A stretch of 64,000 nt of DNA from Takakia lepidozioides (lineage: Eukaryota; Plantae; Bryophyta). Made by a program: the position numbers and the translations under genes. The stretch is taken from positions 20,398,001 to 20,462,000 of the forward strand of contig CM060734.1 in assembly GCA_030704615.1 (NCBI GenBank), given 5' to 3'. Positions 1 through 13,323 of the stretch are shown piece after piece; position 1 is the stretch's first letter; the number at the start of each line of letters is the position of its first letter. A model generated the notes under the pieces. The model was not told the origin of the DNA. It searched no databases and saw only the letters and a program-made list of their open reading frames with translations.

Positions 1-2
1 AA

Positions 3-3000
3 GTGCAGAGTAATGAAGGGACTCTGGCTGAAGTAATATGCCAGACCAAAGCTGAGATTACCATTGGACAGCTATTGGCTGTAGCACCTCATTGTAGGCA
101 CAGACTGTATCAAGCAATTAATCAGATTGCTCATGTAACAGAGAACACAGACCTGAGCAGCAAGGTGACAAGTTATAATGTGAAGCCTGAGGGGCAAGAA
201 ACAGTCATGGACTTTGATGATTCTATGCCAGTAATCCAATTGAGAATTGGAAGCACAGACTTGACTGATGTACTGATAGATGGAGGCTCAAGAGTGAATA
301 TTACGACAGACCAATTAAGGCAGAAGCTTGGTCTGAGTAACATGAAACCAGCCCCATTTACAGTAACAATGGCAGATCAAAGGAGTGTACAGCCTTTAGG
401 CTTGATAAGAGGAGTTAAGATACATATTCAGAAAATGATCTTTAAGATCACAGTGATTGTGTTGAAAATGGATGATGTTATGGAAGCTTACTCCTTATTG
501 CTGGGTCGACCATGGTTGAAATAGGCTAGGGTATTCCATGATTGGAATTCCCAGTTACTGACTGTGCATGATGGGAAGCACAAGATACAAGTCACCACTA
601 AGAAATCTAGTAGGCTACCTGCTACCAGAAGACCTCGTGGAGTCAGAGAGTATGACTGGAGGCGAGGACTTGATGAGGAGCAGGAGGCTACCCTGCTTGC
701 TGCACACCCAGAGTGGGAGCAGGTTGCAAAAATGCAACTGGGAGGCCTGAGATGTTTTAAAGGTATCTGCTGTGGTGCAGTAACAACAACACCAATTGAG
801 GGGGAAACAAGTAGTTACCCACCACATTTTTATGAGGAAAGAGAGGGAGAAATGGAAATCCTAGAAGAACCAGCTACAGTGAGTTTACAGGATGAAGTAG
901 TGGCTGGATGGACAATCACAGCTGAAGAGTAGGTGAGAGACGTGAACGTAGGAACTGAGGAGGAACCAAGAATGGTGAAAGTAGGGGCTGACTTGGAGCC
1001 AGAATTCTTTGAGGAAGCTAAGAGCCTGTTTATCAAATACAAAGATGTATTTGTTTGGAGTTATGAGGATCTGAAAGGGATACCACCTGAGATTTGCCAG
1101 CATAAGATTGAACTGGAACCAGGGTCGGTACCAATCAAACAGGCTAGGTACATAATGAATCCTAACTATGCACAGAAGGTTGGGGAAGAGATCAAGAAGC
1201 TGGCTGAGGCTAAGTTCATATACCCAATAGAGTATACAACTTGGTTGTCACCCATTGTGATAGTTCCCAAGAAGAATGGCAAACTGAGAGTTTGTGTGAA
1301 CTATAAGAAGCTGAATGCATGTACAAAGAAAGATCATTTTCCTTTACCATTCACAGAAGCTGTACTGGACACCGTGGCAGGCCATGAGATGTACTCATTC
1401 ATGGATGGCTTTAGTGGGTATAATCAAGTGCAAGTGGCAGAAGAAGACTAGGGAAAGACAGCATTCATCACGGACTGGGGTGCTTATGCATACAAAGTCA
1501 TGTCTGGACTTTGTAATGCACCAGCAACTTTCGAGAGGGTGATAAGTGAATTTTTTCACGAGTATCTGGATGATTTCCTGCAAGTGTTCTTAGATGACTT
1601 CAGTGTGTATAGCTCTAAGAATGAGCACTTACAGAATTTGGAATTATGTTCGGCCACATGCAGGATGAGAGGTCTTGGGTTGAATCCAGAAAAGTGTACT
1701 TTCTATGTGAACTCAGGGGTACTTCTGGGACACATTGTGTGTAAGGGAGGACTGCTTGTGGATCCCAGAAAGACAGAGGCCATTAAAGCATCTCCACCAC
1801 CAGGAAATGTTAAAAGTCTAAGGAGATTCCTTGGACAAACCAGTTACTATAGAAGGTTTGTCAGACGGTATGCACAGATGGCAACACCTTTGAGCAAGCT
1901 TTTGAAGAAGGATGCAATATTTACATGGACAGCTGAATGTCAGCAGGCTTTTGATGAACTTACATTGTCAGTAACAACTACACCTGTGCTGATTAACCCT
2001 CACTGGCATGTAGTATTTCATGTACACTGTGATGCCTCAGGGGAAGCATTGGGAGCTGTGTTAGCTCAAAATATCACAGGAAACATAGATTCACCTGTGT
2101 ACTATGCTAGCAGGTTGTTGAACAATGCTGAAAGAAACTATAGCACCACTGAAAGAGAAGCACTGACAATGATTTATGCAGTCAAGAAATTCAGGCATTA
2201 CCTATTGGGAAGGAAGTTTATGTTTTATGTGGATCATCAGGCTTTGATTTATCTAGTGAACAAGCCTTTAATAAGTGGTAGGATAGCAAGATGGTTAATA
2301 ATCTTGCACGAGTTTGAATTCGAAGTTGTTTATAAGCCTGGCCATTTGCATCTTGTGGCAGATCACTTGTCACGCCTATCAACAGGAGAGCCCACCACGG
2401 GAGTAGACGACCAATTACCTGATGCGAGTCTATTTGCAGTGGAGGTGCAGGGAAGTGCAGATGATTGGTTAGATTGGCAGTGGCCAATTAGATACTATCT
2501 TACTCATGGTCAGTGCTACCCAGTTATGGGAAGGAACAGAGAAAGAGAATAGCTATCAAGGCTTTACCTTACACTATGATAGGTGGCAGATTGTATAAGC
2601 TAGGACCTGATGGAGTTCTTGAACGATGCTTGTACCACCATGAAGTAAATAAAGTTTTGGAAGAAGTTCATAAAGGAGTGGCTGGAGGTCATTTTGGAGA
2701 GGAGACGACCAGCAGAAAAATACTACTTGCAGGTTACTGGTGGCCTACTCTGTTCAAAGATGTGCACAAGTACTGCAAAAGTTGTGATGAGTGTCAGAGG
2801 CTAGGACCTTTGCAAAGATCTGGAAAGATGGCTTTGCATCCAACGATGCCTACTGAACCATTTCAGAAATGGAGACTAGACTTTGTTGGACCAATAAACC
2901 CACCAGCCAGAAATACACAGAACAAGTATATAATCACAGTCACTGATTATACTACAAAGTGGGTGGAAGCTAAGGCTCTGAGGGACAACACAGCTAAGTC

Positions 3001-3650
3001 TACAGCAAGGTTCCTGTATAAGAACATATTTACAGAGTTCATGATTGTGCACAAGAAAAGTACAACCTATTACCCACAGGGTAATGGGCAGGCAGAGGCC
3101 ACCAACAAAATACTATGCACTATTTTGGCTAAGATAGTCAATGCAAACAGAACGGATTGGGATACAAAGCTGCTAACAACTTTGTGGTCATACAGGACTT
3201 CATATAAAGTCACCACTAAGTATACACCATTCCAATTAGTTTATGGTATGGAAGCTTTACTTCCAGTGGAATTCTTGTTACCTACTATGAGAACTGAATG
3301 GGGAAGGAGAATGAAATTGGAGGATTCAATTAAAGTCGGGAAACATGAACTATATCATGTGGAAGAAGTACGTGCTGATGCAGCAGATAACATGACCAGA
3401 ATTCAGATGAAGAGGAATGATCAATTTGATTAAGGTAAATTGAAAACTTTTAAGACGGGCGATTTGGTTTTGTGGTTGCAAAAGAAGGGAAAGATTAAAG
3501 CTTGTAAGCTTAAGTCACCATGGAAAGGACCTTATGTCATACAGAAGATGTATGATAACAACACAGCCATGTTACAAACCATTAACAAAGATATGCTTGG
3601 AAGAGTTAATGCCAATAAGTTGAAGGGATACAGTGGTATCCATGATAAAC
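3..3650 (+). pseudogene. Gypsy pol (protease, RT, RNase H, integrase with GPY motif)
   Basis: ORFs 3-524, 564-932, 933-1451, 1500-2552, 2513-3433 and 3440-3892 are broken by TAG/TAA stops and a frameshift; WKGPY motif present. Confidence 0.95.
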
Positions 3651-3776
3651 CATTGCAGCATGATTTGCATATTGAAACACAGAAGCAGTCGCGGACTACA
3701 CCAGTAATACCAACGAAGCATGAGGCACTTGTCGTAAAGCTGAATGTGTATGGCCTGAGCGTAGAACACGGGTGTT

Positions 3777-3895
3777 CACACAGTCATCACAGGCCACCAC
3801 AGTATGACACAGCTTATCACAACCTATCACAACATCACACAGCCTATCACAGCTCGTCACAGTTTGACATAGCCTGTCACAGCCCAACATAGCCC
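3777..3895 (+). repeat. Degenerate 10-bp CACAGnnnnn tandem repeat
   Basis: cacagtcat cacaggccac cacagtatga cacagcttat cacaacctat... Confidence 0.85.
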
Positions 3896-4378
3896 ACGCG
3901 GGTTGCATAGTCCATAGGATCAATGACAGGTGGACGCGGGTTAACGTCAGAAAAGTGGCCAGTAAGTGTAAGGTCGTCAAACTCGGAGAAAAAGCCACGC
4001 GGACAGAGGGCGACGGAAGAGTGTTTGAATTCGAACACGTGGCCTAAGGGGCAAAGCACTCCGCTTTGCCTGTACTGCAAAAGCGGGTGTTATCATGCAA
4101 AAAGACAAACTGGGCCGTCGAAGTACCTACCCAGTACAACAGCCGAAATTAATAGTGGGCCCATTGATGCATCCAGGGAAAAGGTAACGGAACCCTTTAC
4201 GTGTACAGTAAAGGCGAACCTTTGCCACATGTGTTGTCCTAGTGGGCATTCCAGGTGGAAATGTGAGCAGACGGGGGTAAAATTCAGAAGTTACCCAAGG
4301 AGGCAACAGCCAATCAGAAACAAGAATTTCATGCAGGTGGTTCCCTCCAAGAAACAAGAACAATAAATTAGAAGAGTT

Positions 4379-7300
4379 ATGAGCGGAAGAGTCGGGGTGG
4401 CTCCGAATAACCAGCATCTCGACGAGAGGGGCAATCAAAGCTATAGCTTTGTAGCTATGGCGGATATTACAGACTATACGCTAGCTCTACTTCTCACGCA
4501 GTGGCGCAAGGATGGACGGGTTGAAAGGACATTCTCTCTCACCCACTATCTGCAAGCCCCACATGCTTACACGCACTTACCCGTTCTTTTTTGTGCCAAC
4601 CATACCTTTATGCTCTACGCCCTGCAAGCTTCAGGAATAACAAGGCCTTCTTGTTTGTCTGGGATGAAGAGAATTAGGGGAATGGAGGATATCAGGGTGA
4701 AGAGCACCACGATTCTGCATAAGCAAACAATTGCTACACCACAGGCAGTGCAGCTGCTGAAGGAGTTGCGATTGGAAGGGCTGCTACGCAAAGAATGGTC
4801 CTTGCATCATCAAAAGTACATGATCCAATTCATTCAGAACTTTGAGCCCCGGACATGAGTTACACAGGTGAGGGGAGTAGATATAGAGATTACTCCCCAG
4901 TATTTGCAGCAACTGTTTGAATTGCCATCTAGGCATGTGAATGTGGATGAATACAGGGCAAGATTGCAAATAGGGAATTTGTTCCAAGAAGCGAGTTTCT
5001 TTAAGACTCAAGGATACACTTGCACCAAGGCCGAGTACCCAGGGTTAAGGGAAGTTGGCCAAATACTGAATGTTCTGTTTGCCATGAAGCAGAACCAACG
5101 ATACCTTAGCAGATCATTCACTGAGGAGATACTGAAAGCCTTGAGGGGAGAAGATGTGGCTAGGGTGGAGTTGATGTACAATGGTCTGGTGGAAGAGATG
5201 AAGCGGTTATAGGGCACTGCTGCTAAGTCTCCGATTATTGTGTCTGACCCAATAATTGCTCAAATTATTCTTGACTCTTGTTTGCTTGATGCGCGTGAAT
5301 GCTGGGAGTGTTTGAGATAGCAACCACTGCAATTGAGGAGCAGGGCTCTTCGCACGGTGAAGGAGGATTGGAGGGGCAGCACCAGTCCAAGAGGCAGAAG
5401 CGGGATACGACTATAGTGGCAGATCCACTAGCTTCAAGGAAACCGCAAGATGATGTTTCCATAGCTCTTGTGCAGGATGGGGAACAGCAGCATATAGGGC
5501 TGTTACTGTTGGAAGCACGACCCTTAGAGAGGGAGGAAGAAGTCACTTCAGTGCCACAGCCACCACAGCCAATTAACTCGGTTGCCCCAGGGCTAACTCA
5601 CATTGTGCATGTTGTCACACCAGAGCCTAATGTTGTGGAAGGAGAAGGGTTGGACATTCCCACTACAGAGCAGGTAGTGGCAGAGATTGAGAAGGGTGAC
5701 CTTCTCTATGAGAACTCTGGCATGGTTGGAGAACCAGTAGTACCAAAGATGCAGAGTTTGACCAAGGAAATCCCTGCTGTGCATGTGATGCCCGAACCTG
5801 TGGAGGAGGTTCTAGGGGTAGAAGGTAAGGGCACTGCAGCACCTGTGGAGAATGAGGTCGTTCAGGAAGAAGATCTTGTGGGAACTTGGCCTGAATGGTT
5901 GGTGAAATATCACACTATGGAGAATCAGGGGGACCATCAACAAGTTTCCCATGAAGACCCACAGTAGGCCATGCTTATGAGTTCCATAAGTAGGACACTC
6001 AAATTGTTGGGCACTTATGTGAAATCCCATGTTCCATCCACACAATTGGCAGCTTTGAGAGAGGAATTCAAGCAGGAGTTTGAGGCTAGAATTGCCATTG
6101 AGTGTGCAAACAAGGTGGATGTGGAGACCAACCTCAAGTTGCAGAAAGAGTTGGAGGACACGAAGGCTGCCTTGCAGCTAGCAAAGGGGAATCTGATTGA
6201 AGCGGGTCTGGAGCAAGAGAAGTTGCATGAAGCACATAAGCAACAGCTATACCAGTTGCAGGTGAAGCATGAGGGAAAATTGCAGGAAGTGAAGGTGCTC
6301 CATACAGAATTGGAGGCAGTTCATCAGAAAATGACCATCCAATGTGCCATACTAACAACTGCTCTGGAGCAAACTGCATTAGAAGTTAACAGACAAGCAG
6401 AGAGGTATATGATGGCGGAGGCTGAGACAGTAGAGCAAGGGAAACTCATTACTGATTTGAAGGCTACTATCCGGCGCAATGAGGATACTTTCCAACAGTA
6501 CAGTCAGGTTGAGGCTGAGAAGGAAAGGTACATCCTGAAGTTGCAGCAAACACTCACGGGCCAAAAAAAATGAACTCTCTGTGGCTAACAAGGCTTGGAA
6601 GGAAGCCAATAATCTGGCTGCTGCCTATGCGGGCCTGGTTGAACCTCATGCAAAGTGCATGGAGGCTTTACAGCAGTAGTTAGATATGTACAGACTCAAG
6701 AAGGAGCAGGCTCTCAGGGGTGCTACGCAGGACTTGGTGGATAATCATCTTATGCAAGTATGGTTAACACAAGGGCCGGTGGAAGGAAATGCACCAAGAA
6801 AGCTCACCCAGGGGGAGATGAATTATCTCAGGTTGCAAGTGCAGAACATTGCCACAACTACTATAGACAATGTCTATAGTAGGATAGCGGAGTTACATGA
6901 TGATGTGGAAGGGCTGCAGACTCAAAGTGGATGACTTGAGTTCCAACATTGACAAAAGAGTTTTTGTTCCTGAGGAGCAGCTGGTGGCTACTTATCTGCA
7001 TGCCAGGACTCTGATTTTTCAGTCTACATCACAGGAGGAGCAGGAGTTGCCAACAATAGGCGGGATAGTGGCAGCAATATCACAGCCCCCACAGCAGGTG
7101 GCTGTGCAGGTGGCTGACACTGTTGATACCATGGCAATGCCACAGTCTGAGGTTTGGGGGGATGCTGCTTTTAACCCACCTAGGAATCCTGTTGCACTTG
7201 AGTACAATCGGGCTATGATTATGCTTTTCAACCAAATTCCCATTGTGATGGATTTGGCTTGGAAGGAATTCAGTCCTCCACAGTCTTTGGCACATTATTA

Positions 7301-8096
7301 CTAGATCATGCGCATCTGGTTGCCAGTGGCAACTCGGACTAAGGTTCTTCCGAACAATCGACCCATTGAGGATCATCATTTTGCAAGGTACTGGTCTGAG
7401 GCAGGCACCATGTTGAAGGAATTAATTGCCTTCCAAGTTGTTCAAGGGTACATCTACACCAAGACCAAGGAGGTATCTAGTTTGGTCATGGGTTGTGGAT
7501 TATACTATGCTGCTTGTTTCATTGCACGTTATAATCACATTGAGCAGCAGAAGATGCAGTCAAGATTTCTGAGCTATTCCACTAGGGATCATTGGGTCTT
7601 ACCTTCAGTTCCACCCCGTATGTATCTGTATGATGCGAAAGTCATGTTGCAGAAGGATTCTCAACTTCGTTCATGGTTTAATTTGGCTTGGACCAACTTG
7701 ACCAAGGAAAAATTGGGCCCTAACAATATTTTTTATAAGGGACATGAGGCCTGGAAATACTTACACTGTTCCAAAGTCATTGGCACACCTCTCACCTATA
7801 CGGACAAGGAATTCAGGGAGTACACTCATTTTGCTTTCAAGCGACTAATGCAAGTAGTACAGTTTAAGCTTCCCAACATGGTGGGCCAACACTGTATGCC
7901 ACGCAGAATTCCAGAGAAGCCACTTAAGGTTCAGCCACCGAAACACCTCAGGGGGGAAGTTGATTCTAATACTACTGGTTCTACGAAGGAACCTTTTGAC
8001 ATGGCGGAGGACTATGCACTACAGATGGCAGAGAAGAAACAACGGGGATCTCCTATGCCTGAGAGGTTATCTCATTATCAACCACAAGAGGGTTAG
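4379..8096 (+). pseudogene. Extra 3' ORF of the gypsy element (Athila/Transposase_32-like segment, acidic linker, long coiled coil)
   Basis: Chain of + ORFs between INT and the PPT. MIQFIQNFEP..VRGVDIEITPQYLQQLFELP resembles plant retroelement eORF domains; 5971-6573 is coiled-coil-like. A homologous copy lies at 58307-62306. Confidence 0.7.
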
Positions 8097-8249
8097 ACAT
8101 TTCCATTTGGTGCTCAATCGCCTCCATCAGCCAGTGACAGGGCTCAGGCTCGCACACAGAGCCCTCCAAGGGACTCTCACCAACAAAAGAGTGCTCGCTC
8201 ACAAAGGTTTGCTGATCCTAAACAGTAAACCGTGAAGACACGGCTTTTT

Positions 8250-8263
8250 GAGAGGGGGAGGGG
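8250..8263 (+). other. Polypurine tract
   Basis: gagagggggagggg, 3 nt before the LTR TG, preceded by the ccgtgaagacacgg hairpin. Confidence 0.85.
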
Positions 8264-8266
8264 TAA

Positions 8267-9282
8267 TGTTAGAGGGTTGTCTGGGACTTAGACACTTTTA
8301 CGGGTTCTGTGGGGTACCCTTAATTTTTGTGCAGACTTGCAGATGGTACACTTAGACCAACACAGGCCTTAGGGGTGGTAGACAGGCTCACACAGTCAGT
8401 CACGGGCTGACACAGCTTAACACAGCTTGGCACATCACTACACAGTTTGATACAGCCTGATACAGCCCTACACAGCTTATCATAGCCTGTCATGGTCAGT
8501 TGCAGTCTATCACAGTCTATCACAGCACGACACAGCCCGACACAGCTTTACACAGCCAGTCACAGCCCGACACAGTTCCGCACAACCAATCACAGCTCGG
8601 CACAGTCTCAGCCAGACACAACATGGCACAGCCCGTCACAGCGTACATAGGGAACGGTTACCATGGCAGGGAACGTCTGTGTGGGAATGACATGTACAGA
8701 GGGAATGTGCATTCTGTCTTGAGATGACAGTTAGTCAGTTAGACGGTTAGAACAGCTTGCAGGTAGATTAGGGGAGTAGCAACTGGAAGATGACACTTCT
8801 GGTGGGGGAGAGACTTCAAGCATCACGTCTTGGACATCACAGGAGGAGATCAAGTGGAGAGCACGATCTTGGAGCACAGGGATGGAGATTACACATGCGA
8901 TCTATTGATACTGGATGAATGAAAGCTGTAGAGTTGTACTGTAGAGCAGATTAGAGACACCATGGCTTTGGCCTGATACTTGATAGATATTAATCTGACA
9001 CATATTTCATATCCACATTGTGTAGAGAGACCTGAGTGAAGCTGTGGAATGAATGCATGAGGAGATGGAATTTGGAAGATTGCTGAAGCAATCCGATACT
9101 TTAATATAAACAGTAAGGTAATTTGTTGACATGACGGCAAGAAGGAATACAAACAAGAAGCACTTCCATGATACACTAGTTGTAGGTCATGACTGATTGT
9201 TCTGAGCGGGCTGAGTGCTTAGAGATATCCAACTCTTCTATCTTGGAGTTCCCACCTCGGATAGCGAAGGGATGGGTGAGTA
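8267..9282 (+). repeat. 3' LTR (about 1016 bp)
   Basis: Starts TGTT. Ends gggtgagTA; the homologous inverted fragment at 56853 ends gggtgagCA, which fixes the boundary. Confidence 0.9.
8391..8645 (+). repeat. 10-bp CACAG tandem repeat in the LTR
   Basis: About 25 decamer units (cacagcttaa cacagcttgg ... cacagcccga). Confidence 0.9.
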
Positions 9283-12200
9283 AAAGCCGCAGGCACCTCC
9301 GAATCATCCTCCACCTCGTTGTCAATGACCGTGTCTTCATCTTCTTCTCCAACATCCGTATCTTTTGGAGCTTCATCATATAGGGTCCGGGATGCATTCT
9401 CTGGGGCGTCATCATCCTCTTTTACCCCCTCTACCCAACCTCCATCATCAGCATCATTATGACCAGTCTCTCTGTCCACCGCAATTGCCTCATCCCATGG
9501 AGATCCGAGACCATGATAGATACGTCTTCCTCTTGGCTGAGCATGCACAACCATCTTCCAATTCCCCCCTCTTGTTTTGTCATCGGAGAAAAAAACTTGC
9601 TCCATGTCTTAAGGCCGTGAAAAAGGCTCATCGAAGGGATGATGAGTAGGGTTGAGCCTATTTGTATTGACGCACATGAAACCACAATCATCTTGCACTA
9701 GTGTTGCGGAGGGCCCCACAAGATGCAGCTGGAACCTCCTTCCCTTGGAGAGAAGAGGCCGGTACCTTGTATACTGAAGTTGGAGTATGCTCTCAAGCTC
9801 TCCAATGTACTCAAGTTTGCTCATAGCAGGTCGTGTATCTCCCTTGTCCTACATGGAGTCTTGCCAATATGTGGCACACAAGCCAGAATCAAAGGTTGTT
9901 TTGCGCTTTATGTCAAGAGCATGAATGCGGAAATGACGACCGTGAACCCAAACCGCCGTGTATGAGGTCACGAATTGAGTTGGGCCCCTTGCAATGTCTT
10001 GCACCAAATCTGAAACCACCTCTCCTTGAGCAACGACGTCATAAACTGAAGTCCGAAGCCACTGTTGGAATGAACTTAGAGGCTGCAATTCCATGGGCAA
10101 ATTTTGTGAAGGAACATTCCGGCGGCCCGCTCCTCGTCGTGGGCGTCTAGTAACCGGCCTTGGATGGTTCTGCCTCAATGCAAGCGTCTCCTCCTCTCAT
10201 TGCTGAACAAGGTTATTGTATCTTGCCTCCCACTCATGTATGGATGGGGTGTTTTTCAGTATGAAGTCATGCGCTTGCTCAATCACCAAGGTCGGCAATT
10301 TTACCCTCTTCGATTTTTTGGGCAAAACAATGTCCTTGGTTCGTGCATCCTCCTCTTCCTTCCACATCCGAGGGGCTTCCTCATCCACCCTTGCCATGTA
10401 CTCCATGCAATAGAACATAGCTTCTTGCAACGTATACCCCTCCACCATGCTATCCTCCGGGTGCGCCATTTGTCTTACAAATCCTTTCAAACTCTTCATA
10501 TAACGCTCAAGGAAGTACATCCACCGAGAATGAACGGGGCCGACAATCAAAGCCTCTTCCACTAAGTGCACTACCAAGTGCACTTGGATGTCAAAGAAGG
10601 AGGGAGGAAGATGCATCTCCAACATACACATTACCTCCGCCGCCTCCTTCTTCATGCGTGGAAAATCCGCTTCCTCCAACTCTTTGGAGCAAATCCACCG
10701 GAAGCCTCCCAATCTATAAATTATCTCACGAACCTTAGGAGTCAATGTCCCACGTACTGCAATGGGCAAGATGTCTTGCAATAGATTGTGGTAGTCATGA
10801 GACTTCAAACCATGGACCCTGTCTTCTTTGCTGAACTTCGTACGGAGGGATGACCCATACCCAGTTGGTGTTTGGACAGCACTTATGGTGGCTATCACAT
10901 CTTGTATTCCTCATTTGTCCATTGCCGAGGTGCGCGCCTATACTTCCACCGTACAACACCCTTTGGGTCCACACCATTTTGTTCGGCCCATAGATGGTGC
11001 ATGCGACCCTGCTCCTCAAGCTCTTTTCTAACACCAAGAGAATCTCCTTTTGTAGCCACTCCCTTCTTTGTTTGCGTGCCATGAAGAACCCGGAAAATGG
11101 ACAAACAGACATTCTTCTCAATATGCATGGGATCTAGAAGATGGCGAATCTTCAGGTCCTACATATATCCCCACCCACAAACACTTACACAAATATTTTG
11201 ACGTGAAAGTGACAATGTAATTCATACAAAATGTGTAATATCACATACATGCATAAGAATATTGATGGTGTTCTTGTGCCCGCATGGGTCTCCTTCCATC
11301 GGTCCTCCCAAAACTGCCCGGATGGTGTCACAGGGGGGGAACGTACTTCCTCTTTGCCATCAAACAAATGTTTCTCTCTTCTTCTCCATCGATGGCTCAT
11401 AGGAAGAAACTTGCGGTAGTTGGGATACACCATCTTGTGAAGATGGCGGGAGCTATGTGCATCAAGATCATCGTCACAATGCAAGCATGCATGGTACCCT
11501 TTGGTGCTTAGCCCTGAGCAAACAGTTAGCCCTGTAATACACATCCCGCCACATTAGCAAAGACAAAAAGTTGTCATGTGCATGGCCCATAATGCCATCT
11601 ACCCCACTATGGTGCACAAGACTGTCGTCGCTACTTCAATCAATCCCAATCCTCATCGATATTATCCAGCATTGACAAGTGAATGTACGCGGGTTGTTCA
11701 TGGGGAACATAATATACCTGGATAATTATGCATTGTCCAAAGCAAGATGCCTCTCATCTGAAAAGATTATCTGGCCATAGGGTCAAGTGAAGCATCCAAT
11801 GCCGGGACCCCCCTCCATAGCTCCTTAAGTTCATCAACAAGTGGTCGCAAGTACGTGTCCATGTTTGTCACTTGTTTTTTCCTCTATGAGACATTCACAT
11901 CATTGTTTCAATGCTCCACCAATATGCAAATTATACTACAAAATGAATTACACGTCTTACTCCATGATTATGTCACTCATCAATCTTGCATCCGAATTGC
12001 GCCAGAGATCAGAAGTTTAATGTAAAGTCCAAGGCAATAATAAACATGAAATGAGAACACTCACCTGGCACAATGGCAGCCAACATGAAATGGTCTTTTT
12101 TAATTGAAAGATACGGAGGGATGTTGTAATTCACCATGGTCACCGGCCAAGTGGAATGACTACATGACTGGATAGAGAATGGGTTGACCCCATCCGAGGA

Positions 12201-13323
12201 GAAGCCGAGGTGGACATGTCGTGGGTCCTCCAAGAGAAAAGGCCACATCTCTTCAATATGTCTCCATGCTTGTGAATCTTGTGGCCCGCACACCTTTCCC
12301 GGGGGGCTCTGATGCGAGGCGTGCCATCTCATTAGTCTGGCTAATTCAGGGCTTCGGTACTGTGCCCTCAATCGCGGGATGATCGAAAGTAATGCATTTT
12401 CTAGGATGAAATACCCCACGTCCCCCACATGTAATCATCCCATTAGCACACATAATGCAACACCCTTATGTCTTTCCCATTATGCAGCCTCTCCCTAGTT
12501 TGGGCGTGACTGGTCAAAACCGAACGTCGCTTCTTCCACTCCTCACTCACTCCTTCCAAAACCACAATCAGATCTTGCATGAGTACTACTCTCTAAACCC
12601 TAAACTTTGTGGAATACACTTTACATGCATTGAGAAGATTAAAGAAAGTAATTTCCATGCGAGGGGGAATGGCGCTTATACCTTGCGTGGTACTTTTTTT
12701 CCCTTGGACATCATCCCGACATCGGTCTTTTTTGCACTTTGGGCACTTGGTGAGATGTGAATCCTCTCCGTAGTATAGGGTTTTATCACATGGACATGCA
12801 TAAAAAAATCTTATAGCCCATCCCCACAGAGTCCAAGACTTAGCGCGCCTCTTTCCGCGACCGTGGCATCGTGGGTTTCAAGTGTGGAGCAAGGATATAA
12901 TCCGCAATAGTTCGCATTATGGCAAACATCCCAACATTACTTATGCCAAAATCAAATTTGAAGATTGAGCAAAAGTAAGATTGTTGAAAGTCGACTCACT
13001 TTCGCCCCTTCGTACAAGGGAGTTCTCGCCCTTCCTCTCTATGTCATTTGAGGGGGCCATTTCAGGATCATCGATTGGCCGGGTTCCCTCTCCATGGGAT
13101 GCATCAGCGCCTACATGATGCATTAAGAGATCCTCCATGGCTTGCACATCCTCCTAGTTAATTCCATGCTCATTGTTGTTGTCACTATCACTGTCATCGT
13201 CATTATCGTCCGGTACCGTGGGGGCGACGTCTCGCCCACGGCTCCCGCCTGATGTACTTGGGTTGTTTTTGGATGGGGTGCCAAGAGAAAGGACCGGGAA
13301 GGGAGGGACAAAGTCCTGATTTG
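9283..13323 (-). pseudogene. CACTA TnpD/Tnp2 transposase, multi-exon, decayed
   Basis: MRWH..DSQAW..GFSSDGVNPF..STWPV..YNIPP (Transposase_21); KGYHACLHC; GLKSHDYH; PPSFFDIQVHLVVHL..GPVHSRWMY.LERYMK (DUF4218); QVFFSDD..WKMVV (DUF4216 region). Confidence 0.92.

Larger units (their letters stand above)
1..9282 (+). mobile_element. Ty3/gypsy LTR retrotransposon (non-chromovirus), 3' part: PR-RT-RH-INT, extra ORF, PPT, 3' LTR; decayed
   Basis: Domain order PR (LIDGGSRVN), RT (KNGKLRVC, VFLDDF), RH (DAS..ALGAVL, YSTTEREAL), INT ([24 protein letters not shown]). Purine tract at 8250-8263 is followed by TGTT. Confidence 0.95.
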
